Shown piece by piece: positions 9,626-20,267 of a DNA stretch of 64,000 nt. How positions within the stretch are numbered: position 1 is the first letter of the stretch; each line of letters starts with the position of its first letter. The stretch is taken from IMG/VR virus record IMGVR_UViG_3300035696_000002, one strand, 5' to 3'. Position numbers and translations under genes: made by a program. The notes under the pieces are model-generated. The model worked only from the letters and a program-made list of their open reading frames with translations, made no database searches and was not told where the DNA came from. This DNA comes from a virus. Its lineage: Duplodnaviria; Heunggongvirae; Uroviricota; Caudoviricetes.

Positions 9626-12600
9626 TTAGCTGATTATCACTGAAACGTTTGCGGTTCCAGAGCTTGTGATTCCATTGTTGTCGATCACCTGATACGTCAC
9701 GGCGATCACATACGTACCCGCAGTCGGGTTGGCCAGTGTCGGCACCACAAACGGGCCAGCCGAGTTCAGGTGTCCATCCACGTCAAATACCGTAGCCGGA
9801 GACCCGGAGTTGAAAGCAATGACACGCTGCGACGGCAGGATTTGCACGTTCTGTCCCACACCGCTGCTCAACAAACCAGCGGGCAGCGTGATGTTCGTCA
9901 CGTTGTACGTCACTGGCAAGTGGGCAAGCTGCACCGTCACACCATTCGTCGGCATCACCAAGGAATAAACTCCCGGTGTAGTGATAACCGGAGCCGGGAA
10001 CGTCTGGTTGTTGTACAGAACTGTGATGTACGTTTCCTGACGGATCGTGATCGTCAAAGTACCTGACGCACTCGCCATCTGCGGCGAACCCTCAGTGTCA
10101 GAAACCGTAACGGCGATCTGAGCACTCACCGTCGTACCCGGCGTAAATGCGTTCACCGAAATCTGAATCTGAGCCGAAGCCGTGTTGTTGTTGATGACCG
10201 TGAACCGTGCGTCGCTAGTGGACACGTTGTACACATACGAGCCGTTACCGCCTGAGACTGTGATTGGCAGCGGGAACGTACCCGTCGTAGCGTACTCGCT
10301 GACAGTCTGCGAAACCGTAGTCCCAATCGCATTCAGCGTGGCATACACGTCGTTGATCGTGAGCGAGTCAAGGATCGGCCCGATGTTCGTGTACTGCAAC
10401 GTGATGGAATCGGTTCCAGACACGGTCGGGATGTAGTCGTAATCCATGATGAAACCGCTCGGCGTGACTGAACGAATTCCCGTTGAAGTCTGACCACCGA
10501 TGAGCAAGCCCGGTGCACCAATCTGATTGCCCACAACCGTGTTGAACAGCGTCGGCAGATTTGGACTCGTCGGCTGATATCCGGTGTACTGCACGGATAA
10601 CAACACATTGTTGTTGATGACACGATACTGCGTGCCAACAATAGCAGTGCCCGGCGAGTGTGGCGGAGCATTCGGGGCGATGATCTGAGCCGTCTGAGCG
10701 TTGATCGTCAGCGGGAACGACTGTGTCGCCGTTGTGCCGAAGGACACCGAGGTAGCCGTGATGTTTACCGTAAACACACCCGCCGCTGTCGGAGTTCCTT
10801 GCAGGTACACACGAGTACCCGGAGCCGTGGAGAGTGTGACGCCAGCAGGCAACCCTGTCGCCGTCCAATTCGCTACGAGATCGGAATCCACGTAGTACGT
10901 CTGGGCCGGGATCGGGTTGTTCGCGAACAACGATGCAGGCATCGTGTTGTCGAGAATGTGGATCGGTTGTGTAGTAGACTGACCGATTTGAACCGGAATA
11001 GTGACCGGGGCGGAAGTGGTGCTGCCGCTGTCGGTCGCCGTAACGATGACATTATAGGAGCCTGTGATCGTTGTCGCAGATGCGAAAGCTGGTTGACCAT
11101 TAACCGTGGTCAATACCACACCCGGCAGCGTAGACCCGCTCAAAATGTTGAAGGTGTACACTCGCGTACCACCCTCGGCGATCAGCGGGAAGGCCCATGA
11201 ATAGGTTCCAGCCGAGTTGGCCACAACTGTGTTCAAGTCGATATGGATGCCCTCGATTGAGGTGATGACAACCACAGGCGTTGTGCCGGAAGCTGGCGGT
11301 TCCATGACGACGATACTCTGACGGGAGACGGCCTTCACCAGCGTCGCAGTCGGGCTGGTGATGTTTGCGAATTCTGTTTCAAAACTGTACCCACCGTCGA
11401 TGGATGCAACACCAGTCGGCGATCCCGTGAGCAACACAACAGCGTCAGCCCCGGTTCCGGCAATCGTGTTACCAGAAACCGCACTCATACCGGGCGGTAG
11501 ATCACCGAGGTACGGGGCGAGAATCGGGCCAAATGGGCACTCAAAGGTGACATCCGGGCCGGGCAAGCTTACACCGCTCAACACAGGCGTCGGCGTCGGC
11601 AGTGTGTTCTTGTACAGCACAACTGCGTAATATGTGTTCGCTCCGCCCGGACTGTAGGCGTTATTACGTGCCGCATTCGGGAAACCGGACGGCAATGGGG
11701 AGATAAGCCATGTGGCTGGGTTGCTCGGCGTCACGGCATTGATCGTGCTCGGAAGCACAATGAATGGGACGGACGCGGCAGGCGGAGCCTGCTGCTGGAC
11801 AGCGATGCTCAGAGTCTTTGACGTGCTGTGCCCAGCGGAGTCGATACACTTGACCACCGCAGTGAACGGGTTGGCTGGATCAGAATCAGCCGCAGGCGTG
11901 CCAACCAGTAGGTCACCGTAAACGATGGCCCCCGGCAATGTGCTCGTTGCAGTCGGGTCGATGAAGAACTTGTAACCAGTCCCAACAGGCAGGCCAGCAT
12001 TCGAAGGCACACCGCCACTGGCGGTCAAGGAAACTGAAATAGACTGTGGATACGGGTCAGGGAAGATTTCCTGATCCGGCGTCAGGATCGTCAATGTCGG
12101 CGGGACGATACCAGCGACAACTTCAATCTGTACCGGATTGACAACCGCCAAGCCACTACCCACCACAGCAGGTGGAGTTTCAGTAAAGCCCAGCAACGTG
12201 TACGGAGACTGACCACCGAAAATCGGAATCGTCAGTTTGAATTGGTTGTCCGCGAAGATTGACGGTTGGTTCACTGCTGGAGAGAAACTGAGAGTAGCTG
12301 CCGACAATGTGATCGTGTACGTCTGGGTGTTGATGGCACCGATAGCGTCCTGCACCTGAACCGTCGCCGTGAATTTCTTGGTGAAGTCCGTGGTGGAATT
12401 GTAGGTCACCGGGTAACCGGAGAGCAGGCCAGTGTTCGGATTGATGCTGATGCCAAGCGGGAAAGCCCCAGCGGCGATGCTCCACGTGTACGGAGCAAGA
12501 CCACCAGTGTTTGACATCTGGAACTGGTATTGTGTGCCGACCTGAGCGTTCGGTGGTGCACCCGCACCGGAAACCGGAGTCGTAATCAACAGATCAGTCT

Positions 12601-15600
12601 GCACGACAACAGAAATCGTTGTCTCATCAACGTAGAACGGCACGCTGCTATCCTGCACGGCAAAGTTGACCGAGAACACACCCAACGAAAGCGGCGTGCC
12701 AGTCAAAGCACCGCTGGTGCTGAGATGAACGCCAGCCGGAAGATCGTTGCTGCTCCACAGATACGGCGTGTTGCCGCCTTGAGCCTGCAACTGGAACTCA
12801 GGCATCGGCTTGCCGACGATCAGAGCCGGGAAGTTTTGGGTGCTGGTCGTGATCGAGACCGGAACCGAGGAGGACAGCGGGTTCGGCATCAGGGTGTAAG
12901 GATCAATCAGTTCCTTAGCCTGCGGGCGACCCTTCAACGGGAACACGTCCAAAGCCATCGTGCCCAACAGGGACGAAGCGTTGGAGAACCGTGAAGTCGC
13001 AATCAATTCCTTGATTTCGTTCGTCTGCATATCGCGGACGAGTGTGCGGGCGATCATTTCATACGGCTGCGGAACTGCCAATCCGGTTGTGGCATTGACA
13101 ATCTCGAACAACTGCTGACCGCCGATACCCAGTGTGCCAGTCAAGGCCCCCTGTGCGGCTGCCTGTGGGTTGTACTGCTGGTTTACCACAAAGACAGGGA
13201 CAACGAGCGTGCGACGCAATTTGACAGGCGGAGTGGCCGTGCTGAAGTCGTTTTCGACTTGCACCGTGATGTTCTGCGGGCCGGGCGTGTTGAACACCTT
13301 GCCGACAACAGCGGAGCTTAACGGCAGTGCCCCTGTGTTGGTGTTGTCTGGCCAGAACACCTGCCACGTGTCAGCACCGGAGTAGTTCGAACTCAAGGTT
13401 AAGGTCAAAGGCTGACCCAACTCAAGCGATGTGGCACTCAGCGTGACTGAGGTCGCAGTCAATGCAGTCGGGAACTGATGAGGATTATCCCAGTAGGGGC
13501 TGTCCAACGCGAGAGCGTGATTGTTGGAGATCGCCTGCATGTTGAGCAGGAAATTTCCAGCCGTAAGCGTCTCAGTGAAGATGCGGGCCGATACCGTTTC
13601 CCCAGCATTCAGCGGTGACGATGGCTTGAAAATGGTCTGAGCGACGTTCGGTGGGGCAGGCAACAGGGTTGTCTGAATGTTCCACCCGGCGTAAATGTTG
13701 TACGCTCCGCCGAACTGGGCGGGCTGCCAGTTTACTGTCAGGTCGTTGTTCTGGTCGATGATGCCAATCGTCGGGGCAGGTAGCAGTTGAGCACCCTGTG
13801 CGACAGAGCTTGACAGAACGATGATCGGAATGCCATAAGCGGTACCGTAGAAGCTGGTGCCGTAGATGTCGTAGACGCAAGTACCGTTTTGGTTGATGAC
13901 AATCGAGCCCGTACCCGCAACAGATGGGAATGATGTCGGTGTCGGCTGCTGAGCCAAGGTAAGCGTGAAGTGCGGATCGGTATTGCCGCCGCCAGAATAG
14001 CTCCACAGGACGTTAAACGGAGTGTTGTTCGGGATGAGTGAAGCACTCGAACTCACACTCGTAATCTGAAGCGGGACAGCAACAGTAGTGACGGTCAGTG
14101 TGATGTTTGCACTGTAGCTGCGGGCAAACCCTGATGCCGAAGCGTCGATGGCGAACGTGTACGAACCGGGCTGAAGTGCGTTGCCGACAAGAGCAAAATT
14201 GCCGCCCGTGTTCTGAATGAACAGACCATCCGGGGCACCTACCAATTCATACGTCACATTTGCGACTGGCTGATGGTAGTTCACCGAATTTGGATTGTTG
14301 TTGATCGCAACCAGTGAAATCGGCGTAATTACAGAACCAGTGTTTGAAGCAATCGAGACCGGAGGCAGATGAGCGGGTACTCCATCCGTCGTGATGAGGA
14401 GCGGCGAAGAGCCGTTCGACTCGATCAAAACTTCTGCAAAACCTGTACGGGTTGCCCCGTTGTTGGCGGCAATCTGCAAAACCCACTTCTCACCGATTGC
14501 GGCTCCGGGCGGAATAGTGATGTGCACCGTTGTCGTCGGCGAGCCAGTGTTGATCGTCACAGGTGCGGGGTTAGGGATGGCAGGCTCCAAACCAGAAGCA
14601 GGAACCACCGTGAAGATCAGGTTGATATTTTCAGCCGGGTTGAATGCCGGAGATGTCGTAGATTCCTGTGAGACAACGATTGGAATCACATCACCGATGT
14701 ACCCCTGCACAAAGTCGGGCAGCCCGCCCACAATCGTGGAAGACGTGGCGACCTTGATGGCGTTCGAGCCTAACCAGCTTGCACCCGCGTTCGAGACGTT
14801 GAACGGCCCAATCGTGGTAACCGCGAGGTTGTTTGCCAGTGCATCCTGAATCGTCAGGGTGACTGTAGCACTGACGTTCAAGCTGTTGATGCTGTAGTAA
14901 GCGAAATCATTGCCCGCCCCACCGCCAGAAGACAGGGTCAATCCAGCAGAAGGTGTCCACGCAAACTGGAAGGGCAGATGCACGGGAGCGTTGTTCTTTT
15001 GAAGCAAGCCCTGAAGGACATCAACTGCGTTGTGTGCGTCGAACTTCAGCGTACCAGCTACGGTGTCATAGAACACACCGAGGCCGTAATCCAGTGTCCC
15101 CTGTTTTGCCGTGAGGGACTGGAGCGTAAACGGTTGCACGAATGCACGATTCGGTTGATCGTAAAAAGCTCCCGGCTGATAAGCTGCGACCGTGAGCGTG
15201 ACCTGTTCCGGGCTGGTCGTATACAACTTCAGACCGCCAGCAAGATCACGAGTCGGAGTAAATCTCGGGTCAGCAACACGCAGGATTAGCTGATTTTCGT
15301 TCGAGGTGACCCAGTTCAGGCCGGGGAATGAGCCCAGACCACCACTCGGGAGGACAAAGTTAACGTCCGGTACCGGGGTTTGTCCGGCTAGACCGACGCC
15401 CTGAATGACAATGTCCTGTACCGTATCATCGTAGGACGGTACGGTTAGCGTTGCACCGCTGACAACCGGGTTCGAGGCGTTTGCTTGAATCGAGAGCGGA
15501 GGTTTGACTTCCAGCAGGAAGGGGAAGTTCAGTGTCGTGACGCCATCAGTAACAGTGATCCAGAACTCGTAAGGATTCGGGTTCGGAACCGCAGCGGCAA

Positions 15601-15844
15601 ATGCAATCGTTGTGATCGTGTTCGTCGGGTCTTGCGACATGGTGACGAACGCCGGGGCGTTTGTCATAGTCCACGCGAGCGAGCCAGCAGCACCACTGGC
15701 CGTCAAGGTTCCCAATGTGCCAGCCAACAAGGAAGCCACACGCACGGCCAACCCCGTCGTGTTAGACGGAACCGGAGGTGCAGGTGCCAGAGGAAGCACC
15801 AAGTTGACCTGATGTGTGAAATTCGCTGATAGCGACAGTGCCAT
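9626..15844 (-). CDS. Giant Ig-like (He_PIG-type) repeat virion protein
   Basis: 2072 aa; repeats such as AQGGNTPYLWSSNDLPAGVHLSTSGALTGTP and GGLAPYTWSIAAGAFPLGISINPNTGLLSGYP. Confidence 0.8.
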   Translation of the reverse strand: MALSLSANFTHQVNLVLPLAPAPPVPSNTTGLAVRVASLLAGTLGTLTASGAAGSLAWTMTNAPAFVTMSQDPTNTITTIAFAAAVPNPNPYEFWITVTDGVTTLNFPFLLEVKPPLSIQANASNPVVSGATLTVPSYDDTVQDIVIQGVGLAGQTPVPDVNFVLPSGGLGSFPGLNWVTSNENQLILRVADPRFTPTRDLAGGLKLYTTSPEQVTLTVAAYQPGAFYDQPNRAFVQPFTLQSLTAKQGTLDYGLGVFYDTVAGTLKFDAHNAVDVLQGLLQKNNAPVHLPFQFAWTPSAGLTLSSGGGAGNDFAYYSINSLNVSATVTLTIQDALANNLAVTTIGPFNVSNAGASWLGSNAIKVATSSTIVGGLPDFVQGYIGDVIPIVVSQESTTSPAFNPAENINLIFTVVPASGLEPAIPNPAPVTINTGSPTTTVHITIPPGAAIGEKWVLQIAANNGATRTGFAEVLIESNGSSPLLITTDGVPAHLPPVSIASNTGSVITPISLVAINNNPNSVNYHQPVANVTYELVGAPDGLFIQNTGGNFALVGNALQPGSYTFAIDASASGFARSYSANITLTVTTVAVPLQITSVSSSASLIPNNTPFNVLWSYSGGGNTDPHFTLTLAQQPTPTSFPSVAGTGSIVINQNGTCVYDIYGTSFYGTAYGIPIIVLSSSVAQGAQLLPAPTIGIIDQNNDLTVNWQPAQFGGAYNIYAGWNIQTTLLPAPPNVAQTIFKPSSPLNAGETVSARIFTETLTAGNFLLNMQAISNNHALALDSPYWDNPHQFPTALTATSVTLSATSLELGQPLTLTLSSNYSGADTWQVFWPDNTNTGALPLSSAVVGKVFNTPGPQNITVQVENDFSTATPPVKLRRTLVVPVFVVNQQYNPQAAAQGALTGTLGIGGQQLFEIVNATTGLAVPQPYEMIARTLVRDMQTNEIKELIATSRFSNASSLLGTMALDVFPLKGRPQAKELIDPYTLMPNPLSSSVPVSITTSTQNFPALIVGKPMPEFQLQAQGGNTPYLWSSNDLPAGVHLSTSGALTGTPLSLGVFSVNFAVQDSSVPFYVDETTISVVVQTDLLITTPVSGAGAPPNAQVGTQYQFQMSNTGGLAPYTWSIAAGAFPLGISINPNTGLLSGYPVTYNSTTDFTKKFTATVQVQDAIGAINTQTYTITLSAATLSFSPAVNQPSIFADNQFKLTIPIFGGQSPYTLLGFTETPPAVVGSGLAVVNPVQIEVVAGIVPPTLTILTPDQEIFPDPYPQSISVSLTASGGVPSNAGLPVGTGYKFFIDPTATSTLPGAIVYGDLLVGTPAADSDPANPFTAVVKCIDSAGHSTSKTLSIAVQQQAPPAASVPFIVLPSTINAVTPSNPATWLISPLPSGFPNAARNNAYSPGGANTYYAVVLYKNTLPTPTPVLSGVSLPGPDVTFECPFGPILAPYLGDLPPGMSAVSGNTIAGTGADAVVLLTGSPTGVASIDGGYSFETEFANITSPTATLVKAVSRQSIVVMEPPASGTTPVVVITSIEGIHIDLNTVVANSAGTYSWAFPLIAEGGTRVYTFNILSGSTLPGVVLTTVNGQPAFASATTITGSYNVIVTATDSGSTTSAPVTIPVQIGQSTTQPIHILDNTMPASLFANNPIPAQTYYVDSDLVANWTATGLPAGVTLSTAPGTRVYLQGTPTAAGVFTVNITATSVSFGTTATQSFPLTINAQTAQIIAPNAPPHSPGTAIVGTQYRVINNNVLLSVQYTGYQPTSPNLPTLFNTVVGNQIGAPGLLIGGQTSTGIRSVTPSGFIMDYDYIPTVSGTDSITLQYTNIGPILDSLTINDVYATLNAIGTTVSQTVSEYATTGTFPLPITVSGGNGSYVYNVSTSDARFTVINNNTASAQIQISVNAFTPGTTVSAQIAVTVSDTEGSPQMASASGTLTITIRQETYITVLYNNQTFPAPVITTPGVYSLVMPTNGVTVQLAHLPVTYNVTNITLPAGLLSSGVGQNVQILPSQRVIAFNSGSPATVFDVDGHLNSAGPFVVPTLANPTAGTYVIAVTYQVIDNNGITSSGTANVSVIIS

Positions 15845-15855
15845 TTTCTAGTCCC

Positions 15856-18800
15856 TTACGATAACTGCGTCACAATGCTTGAGGATACGTCAGCCTGAAC
15901 ACCATTTGTCCCGAGGGTTCCGAGGAACGGTGAAACACTGACAGTTCGTGCCAATACCGAGTTTGCTTGCAAAACGCATGACCCGGCAGTTTGAAAGTCC
16001 GCTGTAACAACAATACTGGAATTAAGCTCTGCTTCTGCAATCACCATGGTTCCAGTGATGTTGATTTCCTGTGTCGTTGTCGGTGCGTGAGTCTGTAAGT
16101 TGATGGCAGACTGACGCTCAGCGACAAAGAACGGCCCCGGTGCAGCCCCAGCCGGGCTCACTGCCAAAATGACGCCTGAGGCAGTAATCTCAGACTGAAC
16201 TCCGACGTGGCCGACGCCGCCCGTTGGCAGCGTGATCTGACCGCCATCCAGCACCACACCACAACCTTGCTGATAGGCTCCGGCCTGCACGTTGTTTATC
16301 CAGTTACAATTCACATACTCGATATCAGAGTTGATACCCATGATCGTCGGGCTCGTGAAGCCTTGGAAGTTGATGTTGTTGAAAATCACACGGGTCGTGT
16401 CGCAGAAAAACGCCACGGTCGGCCCGTCGCCGAACCCGGCGAATCCAGTTGCGTCGATGAGAACATTGCCTGTAGTGCCGGGGGCCGTAGTAATAACCAA
16501 ACGGCCTTCGTCCTGAATGACGCGGGACGCATTGCCGAGGCAGTAAACCTTGGACGTGACGATCTGTCCGTCGCCGAGGGCAACCGTATCAAGGTTGTTC
16601 TGCAACAGGTTCAAATTGAAACTCAGTCCAGTGTTGATAAGCTGAATGCTGCACGGGTGCCGGAGCACAGGCGGCAACAAGGCAAGAGCCGCTGGAATAT
16701 TCTTCAGGGCCTCTGCTGGACTCAAACCACTCTGATCGTCATTACCGTTCTGATTGTCCACGTACAGGATGATCGGAGCGATTGTCGATTGCAAATTCTG
16801 CCCCAGCACAGTACGCGGCGTCGGTGGGGCGATGGCGAAACCAATGTGCGGGATAGCCGTCGCGAAACCACGCTGGCCTGTGGTCAAGAACTGGACGATC
16901 TTACGGATGTCACGGTTCACAGGCTGGATGAAATCGTTCGTGTGCATCGGTGCAAGGAAAACTGTTTCAACGTCGTTCTGCCGCATTGCGACATAGTTGC
17001 TGTCGAAGAATGTAGCCAACGCTTCGTTGTTCAACCCGGCGTCATTCCAAGCAAGCTGGGCGGGTAACTGTGTGATAATCGGAAGTTCGCGGTTATACGG
17101 ATACACATCCGAAAGACCGATGACCGGGGCCGCACCCGTGCCGTTCGTCGTGAGGAGGACATTGTCTTCCCAGTGGATAATCTCGTAATCACGATTCAAC
17201 ACGCCTTCACCCTGATAAGGCACATACTCGATTTCAACCGTCATGGTCGAAGCCGAAGCAAATGCCGGGAGGATCGAGCCGACAAAGAAGAAAGGCTGAG
17301 CATTTGTTCCTGTGAGAGTGACGGTGCCGGGCACAACGACCGTGATGATACCGTTTGCGAAGCTCAGGCTGTTGACTTGAACGGCAGTCAGGTTTCCCGA
17401 CACCGGATCAAGAACCCAGATAAGCCTGTTCAAGTCGTCGCCTGCTACACCTTTGATGGTGCATCCACCATTCAATTGCGTGAGATCAGGCTGCTGGGCT
17501 GCAAGCACGACGTTAGTGACGTTGTTCACCGCATCGAAACCGATTGAGACTACCGAGACCCGTGAGTCCATGGGGAGCGTCGAGTTCGCTGTGTAGTTGC
17601 CGAACAACACCGTCTCCTCAATCGTAGTGATACCTTTGACCGGGGCGTTGTAAGCGAACTGGCACGTGTTCTGGGCCATCATGGAAAGAATCATCGTGGA
17701 TGATGGCGGCACGATACCCTGTATTGACAAAATGAAGTTGCCCAGCGGAGCAGAGACCGTGGGTTGGGTGATGGCTCGCCCAGTAATGGGGTAGAAAGCA
17801 TTCGTGACAGAATCCCACGCACGCACGCCATACAAACCATTCAGATTTCCGCTGATCCCATTTCGCGGGATAATGAATGTGGTAGTAGTGTTTCCACCGA
17901 CAGTTTGCTGCACACCCTGAGAACCCGGAATCTGTAACCAAATTCTGGTGCCGAGGATGGTGTCGGAGTACTCGGGACTAATGGCCCACTCTGCGTTGAC
18001 ACCAACACCCGCAGTGACCAAAGCCGAGTTGGATGGGGGCAGAGCAACCTGCGAAGCCTGCACATCGTATTCGGAGATGCCGAACGCGGCAACCTGCAAC
18101 CCAGAGGTGCTGTCGAACACGATTCCGCCATCAACAGCGAACGGAACATGGTGAAGATCAATACCGGAACCAGCCGGATATTGAACACCGAAGGTCACGT
18201 AGATCGGGTTCGGGCCGGGATCGAAAGCAGTGTTGACCAAGTTCGCCGAGATCGTCACAGACACAGCCTTGGTGCCAAGACCGTTGATTGAGACCTGTCC
18301 TTGAAGTAGGGCAGCCGGAGCCTTTGTCCCATTGATCTGGTTTGAAACCAGTGCCGTAACGTTGAGTGCACTAATGACAGCGGTCGAAGAGTTCGGCAGT
18401 GAAATCGTGAACTGGTCGCCCTGTACCCAGTTGCCCGGTGCACCGACCGATTTCTGACTGGTCGTCACCGCGATGGTCGAGAAGAAGACCCGCTGATCGG
18501 AACTGAAACCGTTGGCGTAACCATCCCAACTTCCAACCGTGTTTGTGTTTGGAATCGGAGTGGTAGACATCGACACGTTGTAGGCCAACGTTGAACCAAG
18601 AGCCTCGGGTTTGTTACCCGGCGACTCGCCACGGCCAATAGCCTGACGACTGTTGCCCATAACGATGTCGGCAAAACTTTCACGCATGATCCGGTCGTAA
18701 TCCCAACCATCCAGCTTTACAGTCAGACGGGTGTCAACTACATCATCAGGGAAAACTTGGTCGGCCAGCTTGGAGTCGAAACGACCGGAGACGCCGGAAG

Positions 18801-19791
18801 ACAACAGGCCATTGATTCCACCGTTGACTCCGACTGGGAAGCTGGAGCTTGCACAACCAAACAGGTTGTTTACGATGTCAAAGTTTCCGGTGTTGCGTTG
18901 GAAAACAACAGCGATTGGCATCGCGTAGCTGTAACCGTCCATGGTGCCGAGGCTGTTGTTCACATTGCCGTCGCCCGCACGCCACAGACCTGTGTCACCA
19001 GTGATTGCTCCCATGTTTGTGAACTGATAGGTTGTGACACCGAACAGCGGCGACACGCCGGGCGAAGTGCTCGGCAAACCAGCCTGAGCGTAAACGGCCT
19101 GAGTGACCAACGTACCGGGATCAAGCCCGAAGCGGTACTGCGTAAAATTGTACGAAGGAGCGATGCTCTGCACGTTCAGACGCCACTGAATCTGAGCACG
19201 CTCGGTGGTGAACAATCCCTGATATGGGTCAATGGAATCGTCGGGCAAAAGTTCTGCATTGGGGACGTTGTTCGGATTGTTTCCGTTCGGCGAGGTGCTG
19301 GGGTTGACGCCGCCATACGGATAGAAATACCGCAGGTTCGTGATCGGGTCTTGGAAGTAGCCCTGCCCGGTGATCGGATTCAGAAGTTGATACCAGAGTT
19401 CCAAGAAAACAACGTAGATGTAGCAGTCGGGAGCATTCAGGCCAACCGTCCAGAATTGCGGCTGCGGGAGAACCACATTGTTCAACGTCACATCCGTGGA
19501 GTTGGTTCCAGCGACAGTGACGACTTCTCCGTTGAAGAGCACATCAAATGCTGGGATGGTGAAACTGTTGCTGATGGAGGTGTTGAACTGCATCGGCATG
19601 TAAGTCAGGCAGCCCGAGGTGCATTGGGTGTCGTTGACAAGCCGTGTACGCTTTAAGTCCTGATTATCCTGAATCAGGTTGATGTCGGCGTCGGTAAGCT
19701 GGTGGTCGTGGAGGCCGACAATGGTGACGATGCTTTTATTTGTCGGATCGAGCGTTCGAGAAACTGCTACAGGATATGTCTTCTGACCCAT
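15856..19791 (-). CDS. Large baseplate/tail-fibre structural protein with probable beta-helix C-terminus
   Basis: 1311 aa; YVVFLELWY motif near N-terminus; LYVDNQNGNDDQSGLSPAEALKNIPAAL resembles beta-helix entry motifs. Confidence 0.6.
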   Translation of the reverse strand: MGQKTYPVAVSRTLDPTNKSIVTIVGLHDHQLTDADINLIQDNQDLKRTRLVNDTQCTSGCLTYMPMQFNTSISNSFTIPAFDVLFNGEVVTVAGTNSTDVTLNNVVLPQPQFWTVGLNAPDCYIYVVFLELWYQLLNPITGQGYFQDPITNLRYFYPYGGVNPSTSPNGNNPNNVPNAELLPDDSIDPYQGLFTTERAQIQWRLNVQSIAPSYNFTQYRFGLDPGTLVTQAVYAQAGLPSTSPGVSPLFGVTTYQFTNMGAITGDTGLWRAGDGNVNNSLGTMDGYSYAMPIAVVFQRNTGNFDIVNNLFGCASSSFPVGVNGGINGLLSSGVSGRFDSKLADQVFPDDVVDTRLTVKLDGWDYDRIMRESFADIVMGNSRQAIGRGESPGNKPEALGSTLAYNVSMSTTPIPNTNTVGSWDGYANGFSSDQRVFFSTIAVTTSQKSVGAPGNWVQGDQFTISLPNSSTAVISALNVTALVSNQINGTKAPAALLQGQVSINGLGTKAVSVTISANLVNTAFDPGPNPIYVTFGVQYPAGSGIDLHHVPFAVDGGIVFDSTSGLQVAAFGISEYDVQASQVALPPSNSALVTAGVGVNAEWAISPEYSDTILGTRIWLQIPGSQGVQQTVGGNTTTTFIIPRNGISGNLNGLYGVRAWDSVTNAFYPITGRAITQPTVSAPLGNFILSIQGIVPPSSTMILSMMAQNTCQFAYNAPVKGITTIEETVLFGNYTANSTLPMDSRVSVVSIGFDAVNNVTNVVLAAQQPDLTQLNGGCTIKGVAGDDLNRLIWVLDPVSGNLTAVQVNSLSFANGIITVVVPGTVTLTGTNAQPFFFVGSILPAFASASTMTVEIEYVPYQGEGVLNRDYEIIHWEDNVLLTTNGTGAAPVIGLSDVYPYNRELPIITQLPAQLAWNDAGLNNEALATFFDSNYVAMRQNDVETVFLAPMHTNDFIQPVNRDIRKIVQFLTTGQRGFATAIPHIGFAIAPPTPRTVLGQNLQSTIAPIILYVDNQNGNDDQSGLSPAEALKNIPAALALLPPVLRHPCSIQLINTGLSFNLNLLQNNLDTVALGDGQIVTSKVYCLGNASRVIQDEGRLVITTAPGTTGNVLIDATGFAGFGDGPTVAFFCDTTRVIFNNINFQGFTSPTIMGINSDIEYVNCNWINNVQAGAYQQGCGVVLDGGQITLPTGGVGHVGVQSEITASGVILAVSPAGAAPGPFFVAERQSAINLQTHAPTTTQEINITGTMVIAEAELNSSIVVTADFQTAGSCVLQANSVLARTVSVSPFLGTLGTNGVQADVSSSIVTQLS

Positions 19792-19793
19792 CG

Positions 19794-20192
19794 TTATGCC
19801 TCACAACCGCAACTTGTAACTTTGCCGCTCGTAAGCAGCCCACCCCGAACCGGGATGACTTTTCCACAATCGCACTTGCACGTCCACACAGAGTGGGAAG
19901 AGGTGCCTGATTTTACCGACCCGGCCCGCAAAACCACCCACAAACGCCCAAACCTCTTGTTCACGAGGCTGAATCGCTTTTCCATTTTCGACTTCTTGAA
20001 GCGATTCGTTGCACAGCCACAACTTCTAACTCTGCCGGACAGAAGGGCGTCCTCGCGGATCGGCTTCTCGGTGCCGCAAATGCAGTGCACCGTCCAAGTC
20101 TGGCGGCGACGGGTGCCTTGGGGCTCTCCGTTGCCTTTGACAACCAAAAGCCCAAAACTCATGCCAATCAAGCTATCGGGTGCAGTTCTCAT
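19794..20192 (-). CDS. Small protein with two Cys-rich zinc-ribbon repeats (CxCG...SCGC), type found in phage HNH/AP2 proteins, no nuclease domain
   Basis: LIGMSFGLLVV...HCICG...SGRVRSCGC and LVNKRFGRLWV...CKCDCG...SGKVTSCGC. Confidence 0.7.
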   Translation of the reverse strand: MRTAPDSLIGMSFGLLVVKGNGEPQGTRRRQTWTVHCICGTEKPIREDALLSGRVRSCGCATNRFKKSKMEKRFSLVNKRFGRLWVVLRAGSVKSGTSSHSVWTCKCDCGKVIPVRGGLLTSGKVTSCGCEA

Positions 20193-20267
20193 CTACCCTG
20201 AGAACGATAGTTGGGAAACTTCAAATCGGCGAATTTTTAGCCTATTCCTCCCCTTTACAGGGGAACC

